Origin: Spirochaetia bacterium
Lineage (GTDB): Bacteria; Spirochaetota; Spirochaetia; SZUA-6; Bin103
Length of the DNA stretch: 18,899 nt
NCBI GenBank assembly: GCA_965203905.1
Contig: CBDBDQ010000002.1
Span: 1-18,899 of the forward strand
Reading direction: 5' to 3'
The notes below the pieces were generated by a model, which was given only the letters and a program-made list of their open reading frames with translations, had not been told where the DNA came from and ran no database searches. Made by a program: the position numbers and the translations under genes. Positions 1 to 8,279 of this stretch are shown here, piece after piece; position 1 is the stretch's first letter; each line of letters starts with the position of its first letter.

Positions 1-749
1 ATGACGGCGATACTCATCAGACGTTCATAACGGTAGCCGAATTGCCAGTCCCCCTGGAGCCGTGTCAAAGCCAGAGGCAGCGTGGTGAACTCATCTCGAA
101 ATACGATGAGCAGAGGCCAGATCAGGTCATTCCAGCTGCCGAGGAAGTGCAGCACCACCAAGGTCACTATGGCGACCCTTGCCAGCGGCAGAATCACGCG
201 CCAGTAGATTTGCACCTCGTTACAGCCATCGATCCGCGCCGAGTCAGTGAAGTCGTTCGGGATCGGCAGAATCGTCTGCCGCATCAGAAACACCCCGAAG
301 GCAGTCACGGAGGTGGGAATGATGAGTCCATGTAACGAATTGAGAAGTTTGAACGTCTTCGCGAGAATGAACAACGGAATCATCATCACTTGAAACGGCA
401 CCATGATACTGCTCAGGATGAACAGAAAGATGAGCTTGCGGCCGAAGAAGCTGAACTTCGACAATCCGTACCCGGCCATCGAGGAGACCAGTACGTTTAT
501 CACGGTGGTAGTGCCGGCCACCACCGTGCTGTTGAATATGTAGCGGTTGAACGGAACGCCAATCCACACGTCCGCGTAATTCTGCCACTTCACCTCGCGC
601 GGAAGGAATTGGATGCTCGGGGCGATCACCTGGTCCTCTGGCTTCAGCGAGGACAGGACCATCCACGCTACCGGAACCATGAACACCGCAAGCCAGAATA
701 CAAGGATCGAGTACAGCACGATGCGGGTAATGGGGTTGCGCGGATACAT
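1..749 (-). CDS. Carbohydrate ABC transporter permease (MalG-type), 3' end beyond the window
   Basis: Not in the ORF track. Hand translation from ATG 749 gives MYPRNPITRIVLYSILVFWLAVFMVPVAWMVLSSLKPEDQV...SSMAGYGLSKFSFFGRK...PNDFTDSARIDGCNEVQIYWRVILPLAR...WNDLIWPLL, with hydrophobic helices and an EAA-like loop; open to base 1. Confidence 0.93.
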   Translation of the reverse strand, partial: MYPRNPITRIVLYSILVFWLAVFMVPVAWMVLSSLKPEDQVIAPSIQFLPREVKWQNYADVWIGVPFNRYIFNSTVVAGTTTVINVLVSSMAGYGLSKFSFFGRKLIFLFILSSIMVPFQVMMIPLFILAKTFKLLNSLHGLIIPTSVTAFGVFLMRQTILPIPNDFTDSARIDGCNEVQIYWRVILPLARVAIVTLVVLHFLGSWNDLIWPLLIVFRDEFTTLPLALTRLQGDWQFGYRYERLMSIAV

Positions 750-768
750 CCTACAATCTGGCTGGCGC

Positions 769-1653
769 CTAGAACTCCGTCTCTCTTCCGAGCAGCCGCA
801 GGTAGAGAAAGGTGCAGAGCAACATGATCGACACCACGAGCATCGATTCGGCACTCGCCTTGCCCATGCGAAAACTCTCCATGCCGTCACGATAGATGCG
901 CAAGGTCAACACCGTCGTGGCGTCGCCCGGGCCTCCTTCGGTCAACAGATAGAACGGGGCAAAATGGCGAAAGTTCTCGGTCATCTTGAGGATGGCACTG
1001 AGCAGGAAGACCGGCACCATTAGTGGCACTATCAGTCTTCTCAAGGTAACCCAATAGGACGCCCCATCCACCTTGAATGCATCGTACAGTTCATTGGGCA
1101 TCAAGCGAAGGCCGGCGACGAAAATGATCATGTAGAAACCTATCCGATTCCAAACCATCATCATGATGATAAGAGGCATTGCGTGCGTAAAGCTCGACTG
1201 CCACGGTATCGCTACTCCTGTCAGAGCCTCGCCGGCGAGGGTAATCAAGCCATAGGGCGTGGACAGGAACCGAAACAGAATGGCAACTACCGTCAAGGAC
1301 AATATGGACGGAAAGAAAAAGGTGGCTTTGAAGACCCCGGAGAATGCCAAGTCACGGTCGACGATCAGCGCCAGAGCGAATGCGATAGACAGCGTAAGTG
1401 CCCCGTCGACAAACACAAAGTAAAGCGTTACCACAAGCGAATGCAAGAACTTGCGATCGCTCAGCAATCCTACATAGTTCGAGATCCCGACAAACTCCCG
1501 TGGGTTTCTGAGGTCCCACTTCGAGAAGCTCGTCACCAACGCGACTAGCAATGGATATAGGAAGAAGACAAGAAAGAAACACAGCGCAGGAAGTGCGAAC
1601 AGAAAGCCAGCGAGCTTCCTGCGTTGACTGAGCGGCGACCCGGCGAGCACCAA
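769..1653 (-). CDS. Carbohydrate ABC transporter permease (MalF-type)
   Basis: FVGISNY motif, EAA loop ELYDAFKVDGA, LTEGGPGDATT, several TM helices; TTG start preceded by GGAG. Confidence 0.95.
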   Translation of the reverse strand: MVLAGSPLSQRRKLAGFLFALPALCFFLVFFLYPLLVALVTSFSKWDLRNPREFVGISNYVGLLSDRKFLHSLVVTLYFVFVDGALTLSIAFALALIVDRDLAFSGVFKATFFFPSILSLTVVAILFRFLSTPYGLITLAGEALTGVAIPWQSSFTHAMPLIIMMMVWNRIGFYMIIFVAGLRLMPNELYDAFKVDGASYWVTLRRLIVPLMVPVFLLSAILKMTENFRHFAPFYLLTEGGPGDATTVLTLRIYRDGMESFRMGKASAESMLVVSIMLLCTFLYLRLLGRETEF

Positions 1654-1667
1654 CGATCTCCAAACCC

Positions 1668-1726
1668 CGGTGCTCCCCCGCCATGGGTAGCGACGATGAA
1701 TCGCTCAGCCCACGGCCGGGGCACCG
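1668..1726 (-). terminator. Long imperfect GC-rich stem-loop between binding-protein and permease genes (mRNA stabiliser or partial terminator)
   Basis: Nested pairings CGGTGC/GCACCG, GCCATGGG/CCCACGGC and AGCGA/TCGCT; the position is typical of ABC operons. Confidence 0.6.
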
Positions 1727-1737
1727 AGGGTGGTCAG

Positions 1738-3063
1738 CTATTGCGTCGCAAAGCTGTAGGGAACTTCAGCCAGATACTCCTCGAACTCGTCGTTGGCGAC
1801 TTCCAGGGTGGCGGCGATGTCGGCATCTTCGAAGACGATCCTGGCCAGGGCTTTCTGCCAGATCGCGGTCGCTTCGGGAGTCCGGATCTGCTCGCCTCCG
1901 GGGTTCTCCAGTATCCCGGAGAACATATCAAAGTCCTGCACGGCGCGGGCAGCGTCGGAAGTCTCGTATCCCTGCACAGGAACAAGCAGGCCAGTGGCGT
2001 TGAAGCTATCGGCGTGAGCCATGACCTCTTGCTGGAATCTCCACGCTTCGGTCTTGTGGTCGGAGAGACTGGATACGGTCCACAGGCTCCCAAACTTGGT
2101 CGAGTATGGGACGCCGTCCGGGTACTGTGGATTGGGGATGAACTTGATCCCGTCTCCACCCTTGTAGACGTCTGGAAACTGCTCGATTACGGGACGATAC
2201 CAGGACCATATGGTGTTCATCATCGAGGCGGTGCCGTTCTGGAATTCCTCTCGCTTTATTGCGGCGTTCCGCAGTCCACCGGGTGCGGAAATCTGATACT
2301 TGAATGTGAAATCTCGAAAGGTCTGCAGTACCCGTTGCGACTCCGGTGAAGCGATGTTGGTGGACTTGCCATCGGCGGTAATCAGGTCCTTGCCGAGATT
2401 GCCAAGCATGTTGTAGTAGACCAGTATGGAGCCCTGCGGGTGAGTCGCGAGGCCATAGCCTTCGCGTGTGATTCTGTCTCCGTCACGGCGTGTGAGCTTC
2501 TGCCCGATGCTGGCCACGGATCTGTCGCCTTCCTCCCAGGTTAGTGGATACTGGGTGTCTGGATCGTATCCCGCTTCGCGAAAATGCTCGGCGTTGATGA
2601 TCATCGTATAGCTGGAGACATTGATAAGGACGCCGTAATAGGTGTCTCCCAGCCCAAGTATCCCGTGACCACCGGCCCACAGGTCGCCAAACTCGGCCAT
2701 GCTGCCTACGCCGAACACTTCGGGGTCTACCGGGTCTACGTTGCCCAGGTGAACGTGGTTTGCCAGGTAGGCATGCTGGAGTCCGACAACATCCGGCGCT
2801 GCATCGCCTTGACTGGATATGAGGAACTTCTCGTGGACTTCGTTCGTCCTGCCGGGCTGCTCATACAGCACCTTGACGTTCGGGTACTTGGCCTCAAACG
2901 AGGGGATCACCTCGTCATTCAAGATGTTGATCATCGGCTCGTGCTGCCATGTCCACACTTCAAGCTCGACTTGCTCGGGCTCGCCTTGGCCCTCGGCCAA
3001 GATGAAAGTGGCTCCGAGCACGCCTATTACGAGGCTGAAGAGCATCGTCCTTTTGCCAATCAC
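1738..3063 (-). CDS. Sugar ABC transporter extracellular solute-binding protein (family 1)
   Basis: Signal peptide ending ILA-EGQGE, then FEAKYPNVKV, APDV, FREAGYDP..PLTWEE, FQNGTASM; SD AGGAGG before GTG. Confidence 0.93.
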   Translation of the reverse strand: MIGKRTMLFSLVIGVLGATFILAEGQGEPEQVELEVWTWQHEPMINILNDEVIPSFEAKYPNVKVLYEQPGRTNEVHEKFLISSQGDAAPDVVGLQHAYLANHVHLGNVDPVDPEVFGVGSMAEFGDLWAGGHGILGLGDTYYGVLINVSSYTMIINAEHFREAGYDPDTQYPLTWEEGDRSVASIGQKLTRRDGDRITREGYGLATHPQGSILVYYNMLGNLGKDLITADGKSTNIASPESQRVLQTFRDFTFKYQISAPGGLRNAAIKREEFQNGTASMMNTIWSWYRPVIEQFPDVYKGGDGIKFIPNPQYPDGVPYSTKFGSLWTVSSLSDHKTEAWRFQQEVMAHADSFNATGLLVPVQGYETSDAARAVQDFDMFSGILENPGGEQIRTPEATAIWQKALARIVFEDADIAATLEVANDEFEEYLAEVPYSFATQ

Positions 3064-3127
3064 TTGGTTCCTCCTGCCCGTCGCGGGGCGCCGTAGAGAG
3101 AGCCGTGTCTCTCAGGTTGGAAAATCA

Positions 3128-3156
3128 CAAGTACCACACGCGGCAAGCCCTGTCAA
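3128..3156 (-). promoter_or_regulatory. Putative sigma70 promoter of the left ABC operon
   Basis: Minus strand TTGACA-N17-TACTTG with TG at the extended -10 position; last -10 base is non-consensus. Confidence 0.55.
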
Positions 3157-3223
3157 TGCACCGCTATCCGCGCAAGTCCGCGTAACCCGCGGAGATCCTC
3201 GGTGAGCAACGGTCCTTGGACCG

Positions 3224-4153
3224 CTACGCGGAGGCGGCGGCGGGGAACTTCGGTGCCGGGTGGGCGAGTTGGGGTTCCGCCACCAGGTGCCGGTACACGT
3301 CGTTGCACGAGGCCAGGGTGAGGCCGGCGCGGCGGGCGTGCTGCAGCAGCAGGTCGATCTGGCCGGCGCCGCGGTCGACGCGGTAGATCGACCAGGGGTG
3401 GAAGCAGGGGGCGTAAGTCAGCAGCCCCTGGTCGCGGGTGTACTCGAAGCCGGGAGCGTAGGCCTCGTACACCTCGCGGCCGGTGGTGGGGAGCCGCGAC
3501 GGGTAGCCCCATGGCAGCGCCGGCGGCCATGCCATCGGCGAAGGCTGGCCGGTGAGTATGTTGTCATGCCAGGCATGAGCCGAGATCTCCAGCAGTTCGG
3601 GATAACCGTCGTCGCTGAACCAGAACGGCTGCGTCAGCGGCGCCGGCGCGACGTGGTTCGGCTGCCAGCTCAGGGTGCGGACGTAGCGGTAGCCCGCCTC
3701 CCATAGCGCCTCCAGCAGCCGCGTCTCGCCCAGGAAGCCGTGGCCGAAGCCGCCGGGTGCGGTAAAGCCGATCACCTCGCGCCCGAACAGGTCCTCGAGC
3801 ACCCGCTTGGAGTCCACCAGCTCGCGGCGCACGGCGGCCGCATCGTCGCGGATCGCGATCATGTTGTCGTGGGTATAGCTGTGCGACTCCAGATCGAACA
3901 GCTCATGATCGAGGATCTCGCGCAAGCGCGATCCCGCTGCCACGGCAAGCTGGGCGACAATGAAGAAGGTGGCCGGCGCTTGGTGCCGCAGGTGCACCTC
4001 GGCCACGGCCCGCACGCCGTCCAGGCACTCGTCGAGGCGTGCTCCCTCGTAGCTCACCATCTGTTGATAGGTCGATGCGGAATAGGGCTTGTCACCAATC
4101 TCCCACCAGGGGTAGATCGCCTCGGTGTCGTACGCGGAAACGTAGTACGTCAT
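3224..4153 (-). CDS. Polysaccharide deacetylase family protein (CE4/NodB homology)
   Basis: AYDTE (TFDD-like motif 1), ATFF, ESHSYTH metal-binding motif, FHPW. ATG 4153 (MTYYVS) is preferred over 4192 because a promoter overlaps the upstream part. Confidence 0.85.
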   Translation of the reverse strand: MTYYVSAYDTEAIYPWWEIGDKPYSASTYQQMVSYEGARLDECLDGVRAVAEVHLRHQAPATFFIVAQLAVAAGSRLREILDHELFDLESHSYTHDNMIAIRDDAAAVRRELVDSKRVLEDLFGREVIGFTAPGGFGHGFLGETRLLEALWEAGYRYVRTLSWQPNHVAPAPLTQPFWFSDDGYPELLEISAHAWHDNILTGQPSPMAWPPALPWGYPSRLPTTGREVYEAYAPGFEYTRDQGLLTYAPCFHPWSIYRVDRGAGQIDLLLQHARRAGLTLASCNDVYRHLVAEPQLAHPAPKFPAAASA

Positions 4154-4163
4154 GGCGCCATCG

Positions 4164-4192
4164 ACCCTACGCCGGTGCGCCGGCCGGCGCAA
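4164..4192 (-). promoter_or_regulatory. Putative sigma70 promoter of the deacetylase (very short leader)
   Basis: Minus strand TTGCGC-N17-TAGGGT, 10 nt before the ATG; no SD. Confidence 0.5.
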
Positions 4193-4223
4193 GGGTCTGG
4201 CAGCGGGGTCATGGGTTCGCTAA

Positions 4224-5169
4224 TCACTCGTTCCGTCGGTCCATGAGTGACGCTTGCGCCCGCCAAGGGCCGCCCGGCGACCAGTCCATGTCGAACGGGA
4301 GGTCCTCCAAGACACTCTCGCGGATCGGTGTCAGGAAGGTGGCAATACGCTCGCCTACTACGTGGAATGTGTCAGGCGGTGGGATAAGTGAATTGGTCGA
4401 GGTCCGATAGTCGCTCCAACGGCGATTCAGACGAGGGTCCGTATAGAACGCCGGTGTCAGCGCTAGCGGCGCCAGCGTGGTCCAGTCAGTCCTGCGGCGC
4501 GCAAAACACGCCTGAATTGCGTCGCTCAGCACGGAGCCGTCGAAACTGAACGTCTCCGAGAGCGCCCAGATGTCATGGGAGTCCTTCATACGGCTGTTCT
4601 GCTGACCTAGCTGCACGATGGCTTCAAACTTCTCGGCAACGCTGGAGGCACGCGGATACGCCTGCACGGAAGGCGCGGCCATGCCATGCAACAGCGTTGG
4701 AAACTGGACCTCCTCCGGCCCAGGGACAACCACGTCGCCGAAGCCTATGTCCACCTGAAACGGAATCCTGGCACTTCCCAGACGGCCGATCAGCTTGACC
4801 CGTTGGCTGGGTTGCTGCTGTCCGGTGCGGATCGGGAAGACTCTCATGCGGCCCGGATCGAAGGTCATAGCATCTTCGAGACAAGGCACGCCACAGATCG
4901 TTGCCACGACTTGCCGCACATAGGGCTCGCCGGATTCACCCAAAGGCCAACACGTCGACATCGCGTGTCGCTCGATAGGGCTCGTCCATCCACACGGCCA
5001 GCAGGGTCGCGCCTTTGAGGATGCAGCGGTCGCGCATTGGGGACGCGCCGAGCCGGTATAGTAACCTCTCGCACGCGTAGCGCGTCAGCAGGAACTGAAA
5101 CTCGAGCCCCGTTTCAAGCATCTTGTTGCGCAGGCGTGCCCTGACCGATGCTTCCACGTTGGTCGTCAC
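4224..5169 (-). pseudogene. abiEii: AbiEii/AbiGii-family nucleotidyltransferase toxin (type IV TA), split by one extra base at about 4939-4941
   Basis: N-part SVRARL..RYACERLLYRL..LKGA..RATRDVD stops at TTT GGG TGA. C-part in the +1 frame has QVDIGFGD, AEKFEA, NSRMKDSHD. Removing one G gives a continuous 314-aa ORF. GTG start overlaps the abiEi stop (GTGA). Confidence 0.88.
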
Positions 5170-5789
5170 AGGGAACGGATCTCCAGCGCTGCTCTGAGCA
5201 GCCGAGACGGAAACAAGTCAAGCGCTCTAGTCAGTTCGTCGGCGGTGACTATTCTATTCCGAAGGGCATCGTCGACCGCTTCGAGCGCGGCCTCTCGCCC
5301 GATGAGGCGTTCAAACCGGAAACAGTCGACGACCGTCCGCGCCGGTGAGGTTATACGCGCCGGAACGCCGTTGAATTGGGTGTCGTGCACGCCGTAGCTC
5401 CACGCGGCGCCACTGAACCGAACCACTCGAGTGCGGAATCGCAGGCGCGGCGGCCTGGCCTTGTGGGGGATCGCAATCCAGACCGCGTGCGGAAGCCGAG
5501 TCCCGATCTCGTAGACGCCGAGCGCCGTAAGCAGGCAGACGACTGCTTTGGGAACGCGTGCGCACACCGCAGCTATGGTTTCGTGTTCGGTCGGCTCCTC
5601 GCCGGCAAGCCGGTACAGACCGCGGGCCACGTGCTCGACGACGCCGGTCGAGACCAGGCGCCGGAGTTGGTCGTACGTGATGCCCAGTTCATCGACTTGG
5701 TACGGACGGAAGTACACGCCGAGACCGGCGTTGCGCAGACGATCCATGTCCAGTTGAACCGTTCCGAGTGGGCTACCGATAGTCGGCAT
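5166..5789 (-). CDS. abiEi: Type IV TA antitoxin AbiEi-family transcriptional regulator
   Basis: wHTH with ARGLYRL, VVCLLTAL, ITSPARTVVDCFRF. Start MPT at 5789 has GGAG 7 nt upstream and lies downstream of a promoter, so 5822 is unlikely. Confidence 0.9.
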   Translation of the reverse strand: MPTIGSPLGTVQLDMDRLRNAGLGVYFRPYQVDELGITYDQLRRLVSTGVVEHVARGLYRLAGEEPTEHETIAAVCARVPKAVVCLLTALGVYEIGTRLPHAVWIAIPHKARPPRLRFRTRVVRFSGAAWSYGVHDTQFNGVPARITSPARTVVDCFRFERLIGREAALEAVDDALRNRIVTADELTRALDLFPSRLLRAALEIRSL

Positions 5790-5808
5790 TGCACGCTCCA
5801 ATGCCGAC
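5782..5808. promoter_or_regulatory. Operator-like inverted repeat 1 (covers the abiEi SD and start codon, abuts the -10)
   Basis: GTCGGCATTG-N7-CAATGCCGAC, perfect 10-bp arms. Confidence 0.75.
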
Positions 5809-5837
5809 ATTATCTTCATCATCCTCGATCAGGACAA
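5809..5837 (-). promoter_or_regulatory. Putative abiE promoter
   Basis: Minus strand TTGTCC-N17-GATAAT, located between inverted repeats 1 and 2. Confidence 0.6.
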
Positions 5838-5841
5838 CTAG

Positions 5842-5878
5842 AAAATGACGGCATCAAGGTTGTGGATGCCGTCATTTT
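5842..5878. promoter_or_regulatory. Operator-like inverted repeat 2
   Basis: AAAATGACGGCATC-N9-GATGCCGTCATTTT, perfect 14-bp arms. Confidence 0.8.
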
Positions 5879-5926
5879 GTCGGATAGACGTGCTCCATCC
5901 GGGCACCGGCCGGTTCTCGTCCTAAG

Positions 5927-5960
5927 AAATGTCGGCATCGTGACGTAAGTGCCGACATTT
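5927..5960. promoter_or_regulatory. Operator-like inverted repeat 3
   Basis: AAATGTCGGCA-N12-TGCCGACATTT, perfect 11-bp arms with the same core as repeats 1 and 2. Confidence 0.75.
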
Positions 5961-6006
5961 GGCGACACCACTCTGGTGTTGCGCTCAAAAATGTACGCAG
6001 TTATCC

Positions 6007-6035
6007 TTGACGCTCGGTGGCGGGGGTCGCACGAT
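6007..6035 (+). promoter_or_regulatory. Putative hicB promoter
   Basis: TTGACG-N17-CACGAT, 16 nt before ATG 6052. Confidence 0.55.
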
Positions 6036-6051
6036 GAAACGAGATCGAGCC

Positions 6052-6489
6052 ATGTCTGACACCTACAACTATCCTGCCGCAATCGAACGCGACGAAGACG
6101 GCCGTTATGTCGTTGTGTTCCCGGATTTCGGCTGGGGCGCGACGGATGGCGCGACGCTGGAGGAGGCGCTGAGCGAAGCTGGGGACTTGCTGCGGGAGCT
6201 GATGGTCACGACGATGCGGGAGGGCAAGAGGCTGCCCGAGCCGTCACGCGTGGACAAACAGCAGTACCTGGTGGTTCCGCCAGTATCGACAGCTCTGAAG
6301 GCAGCCCTGTACGGGGCGTTTCGGGAGGCAGGGATGTCGCAACGCCGCTTGGCGCGTGAGCTTGATGTAGCCGAGAGCGAAGTCCGGCGGATGTTGAATC
6401 CCGACCATGCCACCAAGGCAGCCACGATCGACCGCGCGTTGCGCCGGCTGGGGAAGCGCCTCAGCGTGACCATCGACGAAGCGGCCTGA
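6052..6489 (+). CDS. hicB: HicB-family antitoxin with C-terminal XRE-type HTH; no adjacent hicA
   Basis: YPAAIERDEDGRYVVVFPDFGWGATDGATLEEAL..LPEPS followed by MSQRRLARELDVAESEVRRMLNP. Start 6052 is preferred; 6034 overlaps the putative -10. Confidence 0.9.
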   Translation: MSDTYNYPAAIERDEDGRYVVVFPDFGWGATDGATLEEALSEAGDLLRELMVTTMREGKRLPEPSRVDKQQYLVVPPVSTALKAALYGAFREAGMSQRRLARELDVAESEVRRMLNPDHATKAATIDRALRRLGKRLSVTIDEAA

Positions 6490-6523
6490 ACCGCTTGCGC
6501 CGTACGAAGACCTGATGCGGGTC

Positions 6524-7663
6524 TCAGCCGTGCTCGCCGAGGTAGCGTTCAGCTTCCATGGCGGCCATGCAGCCGCTGCCGGCGGCGGTGACCGCCTGGC
6601 GGTAGACCTTGTCCTGCACGTCGCCGCAGGCGAATACGCCCGGCTTGCTGGTGACCGTGGAGTCGCCCGGCGTGATCAGGTAACCGGTGCCGTCGGTCTC
6701 CAGTTGGCCCGCCAGGAACCCGGTGTTGGGTTCGTGACCGATGGCGAAGAACAGCCCGCCCGCCTCCAACTCGCGGTCGGCGTCGGTCTTGACGTTGCGC
6801 ACGCGGACGCCGGCCACCAGGTCGTCGCCCACCACCTCGGTCAGGACCGTGTCCCAGATCACTTCGATCTTGTCGTTGTCGAACACCCGCTGCTGCATTG
6901 CCTTGGAAGCCCGCATCTGGTCGCGGCGCACCAGCATGCTGACGCCGCTGGCGTACTTGGTGAGGAAGGTCGACTCCTCGGCCGCGGTGTCACCGCCGCC
7001 TACCACCACGAGGTGCTTGTCGCGGAACACCGGCAGGGCGCCGTCGCACACGGCGCAGGCGGAGATGCCGCGTTGCCAGAGGCGGTCGGCACCCTCGACG
7101 TGGAGCCGCTTGGCGGTGGCCCCGGTGGCGATGATTACGGTACGGGTGCGCACGGTGGTGCCGCTCTCGGTGGTCACCGCGTAGGGAGCGGATTCCAGAT
7201 CCACTTCGCTGACGGTCTCGGTGACGATGCGGGCGCCGCTGCGCTGCGACTGCTGCCGCATCAGGAACATCAGCTCGGGGCCGCCGATTCCCTCGGGGAA
7301 CCCGGGGTAGTTCTCGACGTCGGTGGTGGTGGTGAGTTGGCCGCCGGCGGCCACCCCGCCGGCCATGAATCCTTCGTACATCAGGGGCTCCAGCATGGCG
7401 CGGCCGGCGTACACCGCGGCGGTGTGCCCGGCCGGACCGGAGCCGATGATCACGCAGTTCTCGATCTTTTCGGGCCCGCCGCCGTTGCCGTTGGCCGTGG
7501 CATGATGGCGCGCGCCCACCTGCGGCGAGGCAAGAATGGCGCCCGACCGCTGCAGCGGCAGACGGCTGCGACGCCCCGGTTCCGGGAGCGCCGTCAGGCC
7601 CGCTGCCGCGTCTCGGCTCCGGCCATCTGTCAGGCGCTGGATGCAGTACAGATGGTGAGCCAT
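6524..7663 (-). CDS. trxB: Thioredoxin-disulfide reductase; start uncertain (about 60-aa N-terminal extension if 7663 is used)
   Basis: [24 protein letters not shown], redox motif [39 protein letters not shown]. Confidence 0.95.
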   Translation of the reverse strand: MAHHLYCIQRLTDGRSRDAAAGLTALPEPGRRSRLPLQRSGAILASPQVGARHHATANGNGGGPEKIENCVIIGSGPAGHTAAVYAGRAMLEPLMYEGFMAGGVAAGGQLTTTTDVENYPGFPEGIGGPELMFLMRQQSQRSGARIVTETVSEVDLESAPYAVTTESGTTVRTRTVIIATGATAKRLHVEGADRLWQRGISACAVCDGALPVFRDKHLVVVGGGDTAAEESTFLTKYASGVSMLVRRDQMRASKAMQQRVFDNDKIEVIWDTVLTEVVGDDLVAGVRVRNVKTDADRELEAGGLFFAIGHEPNTGFLAGQLETDGTGYLITPGDSTVTSKPGVFACGDVQDKVYRQAVTAAGSGCMAAMEAERYLGEHG

Positions 7664-7670
7664 CGTGGTC

Positions 7671-8273
7671 CTAAGCGGAGAAGCGCGCGGCTACGGCGTC
7701 CCAGTTGATGACGTTGAAGAAGGCGGCGATGTAGTCGGGGCGCCGGTTCTGGTACTTCAGGTAGTAGGCATGCTCCCACACGTCCATGCCCAGCAACGGG
7801 GTGTCGCCCTGCATCAGGGGGCTGTCCTGGTTGGCCGTGCTGTACACCGCGACGCCGCCGTCGGCGCTCTTGACCAGCCAGGCCCAGCCGCTGCCGAAGC
7901 GCTTGGTGCCGGCGTCGGCGAACGCCTCCTTGAAGCCGGCGAAGCTGCCGCAGGCGGCGTTGATGGCGTCGGCCAGGGCGCCGCTCGGCTCACCGCCGCC
8001 GCCCGGTCCCATCACCGTCCAGAACAGGCTGTGGTTGGCGTGGCCGCCGCCGTTGTTCTGCACCGCGGTGCGGATGTCGGCGGGTACCTGGGAGATGTCG
8101 CGCATCAGCTTCTCGATGTCCCAGCTCTCGAACTCGGTGCCGGCCACGGCGGCGTTGAGGTTGGTGACGTAGGTCGCGTGATGCTTGTCGTGGTGGATGG
8201 TCATGGTCTGCGCATCGATATGCGGCTCCAGGGCGTCGTAGGCGTAGGGCAGGGGGGGCGTCTCGAAGGCCAT
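7671..8273 (-). CDS. sodA: Superoxide dismutase, Mn-type signature
   Basis: [45 protein letters not shown]; SD GAGGAG. GGGH and QD are Mn-type signature residues. Confidence 0.95.
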   Translation of the reverse strand: MAFETPPLPYAYDALEPHIDAQTMTIHHDKHHATYVTNLNAAVAGTEFESWDIEKLMRDISQVPADIRTAVQNNGGGHANHSLFWTVMGPGGGGEPSGALADAINAACGSFAGFKEAFADAGTKRFGSGWAWLVKSADGGVAVYSTANQDSPLMQGDTPLLGMDVWEHAYYLKYQNRRPDYIAAFFNVINWDAVAARFSA

Positions 8274-8279
8274 TGGAAA

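Noticed and set aside
42-3205. Plus-strand ORFs over the left ABC operon
   Set aside because: Antisense shadows of well-supported genes; no motifs.
5782-5960. Palindromic repeats considered as a CRISPR array or transposon ends
   Set aside because: Irregular spacing, variable centres, no cas or transposase gene; position fits operators.
5823-6051. Possible hicA or small ORF (5819-6082 minus; hicB extension to 5959)
   Set aside because: No GSH motif or HicA-like sequence; region is occupied by repeats and promoters.
6498-6523. Weak hairpin AGACC..GGTCT between convergent hicB and trxB
   Set aside because: Short stem with no U-tract; not enough to call a terminator.
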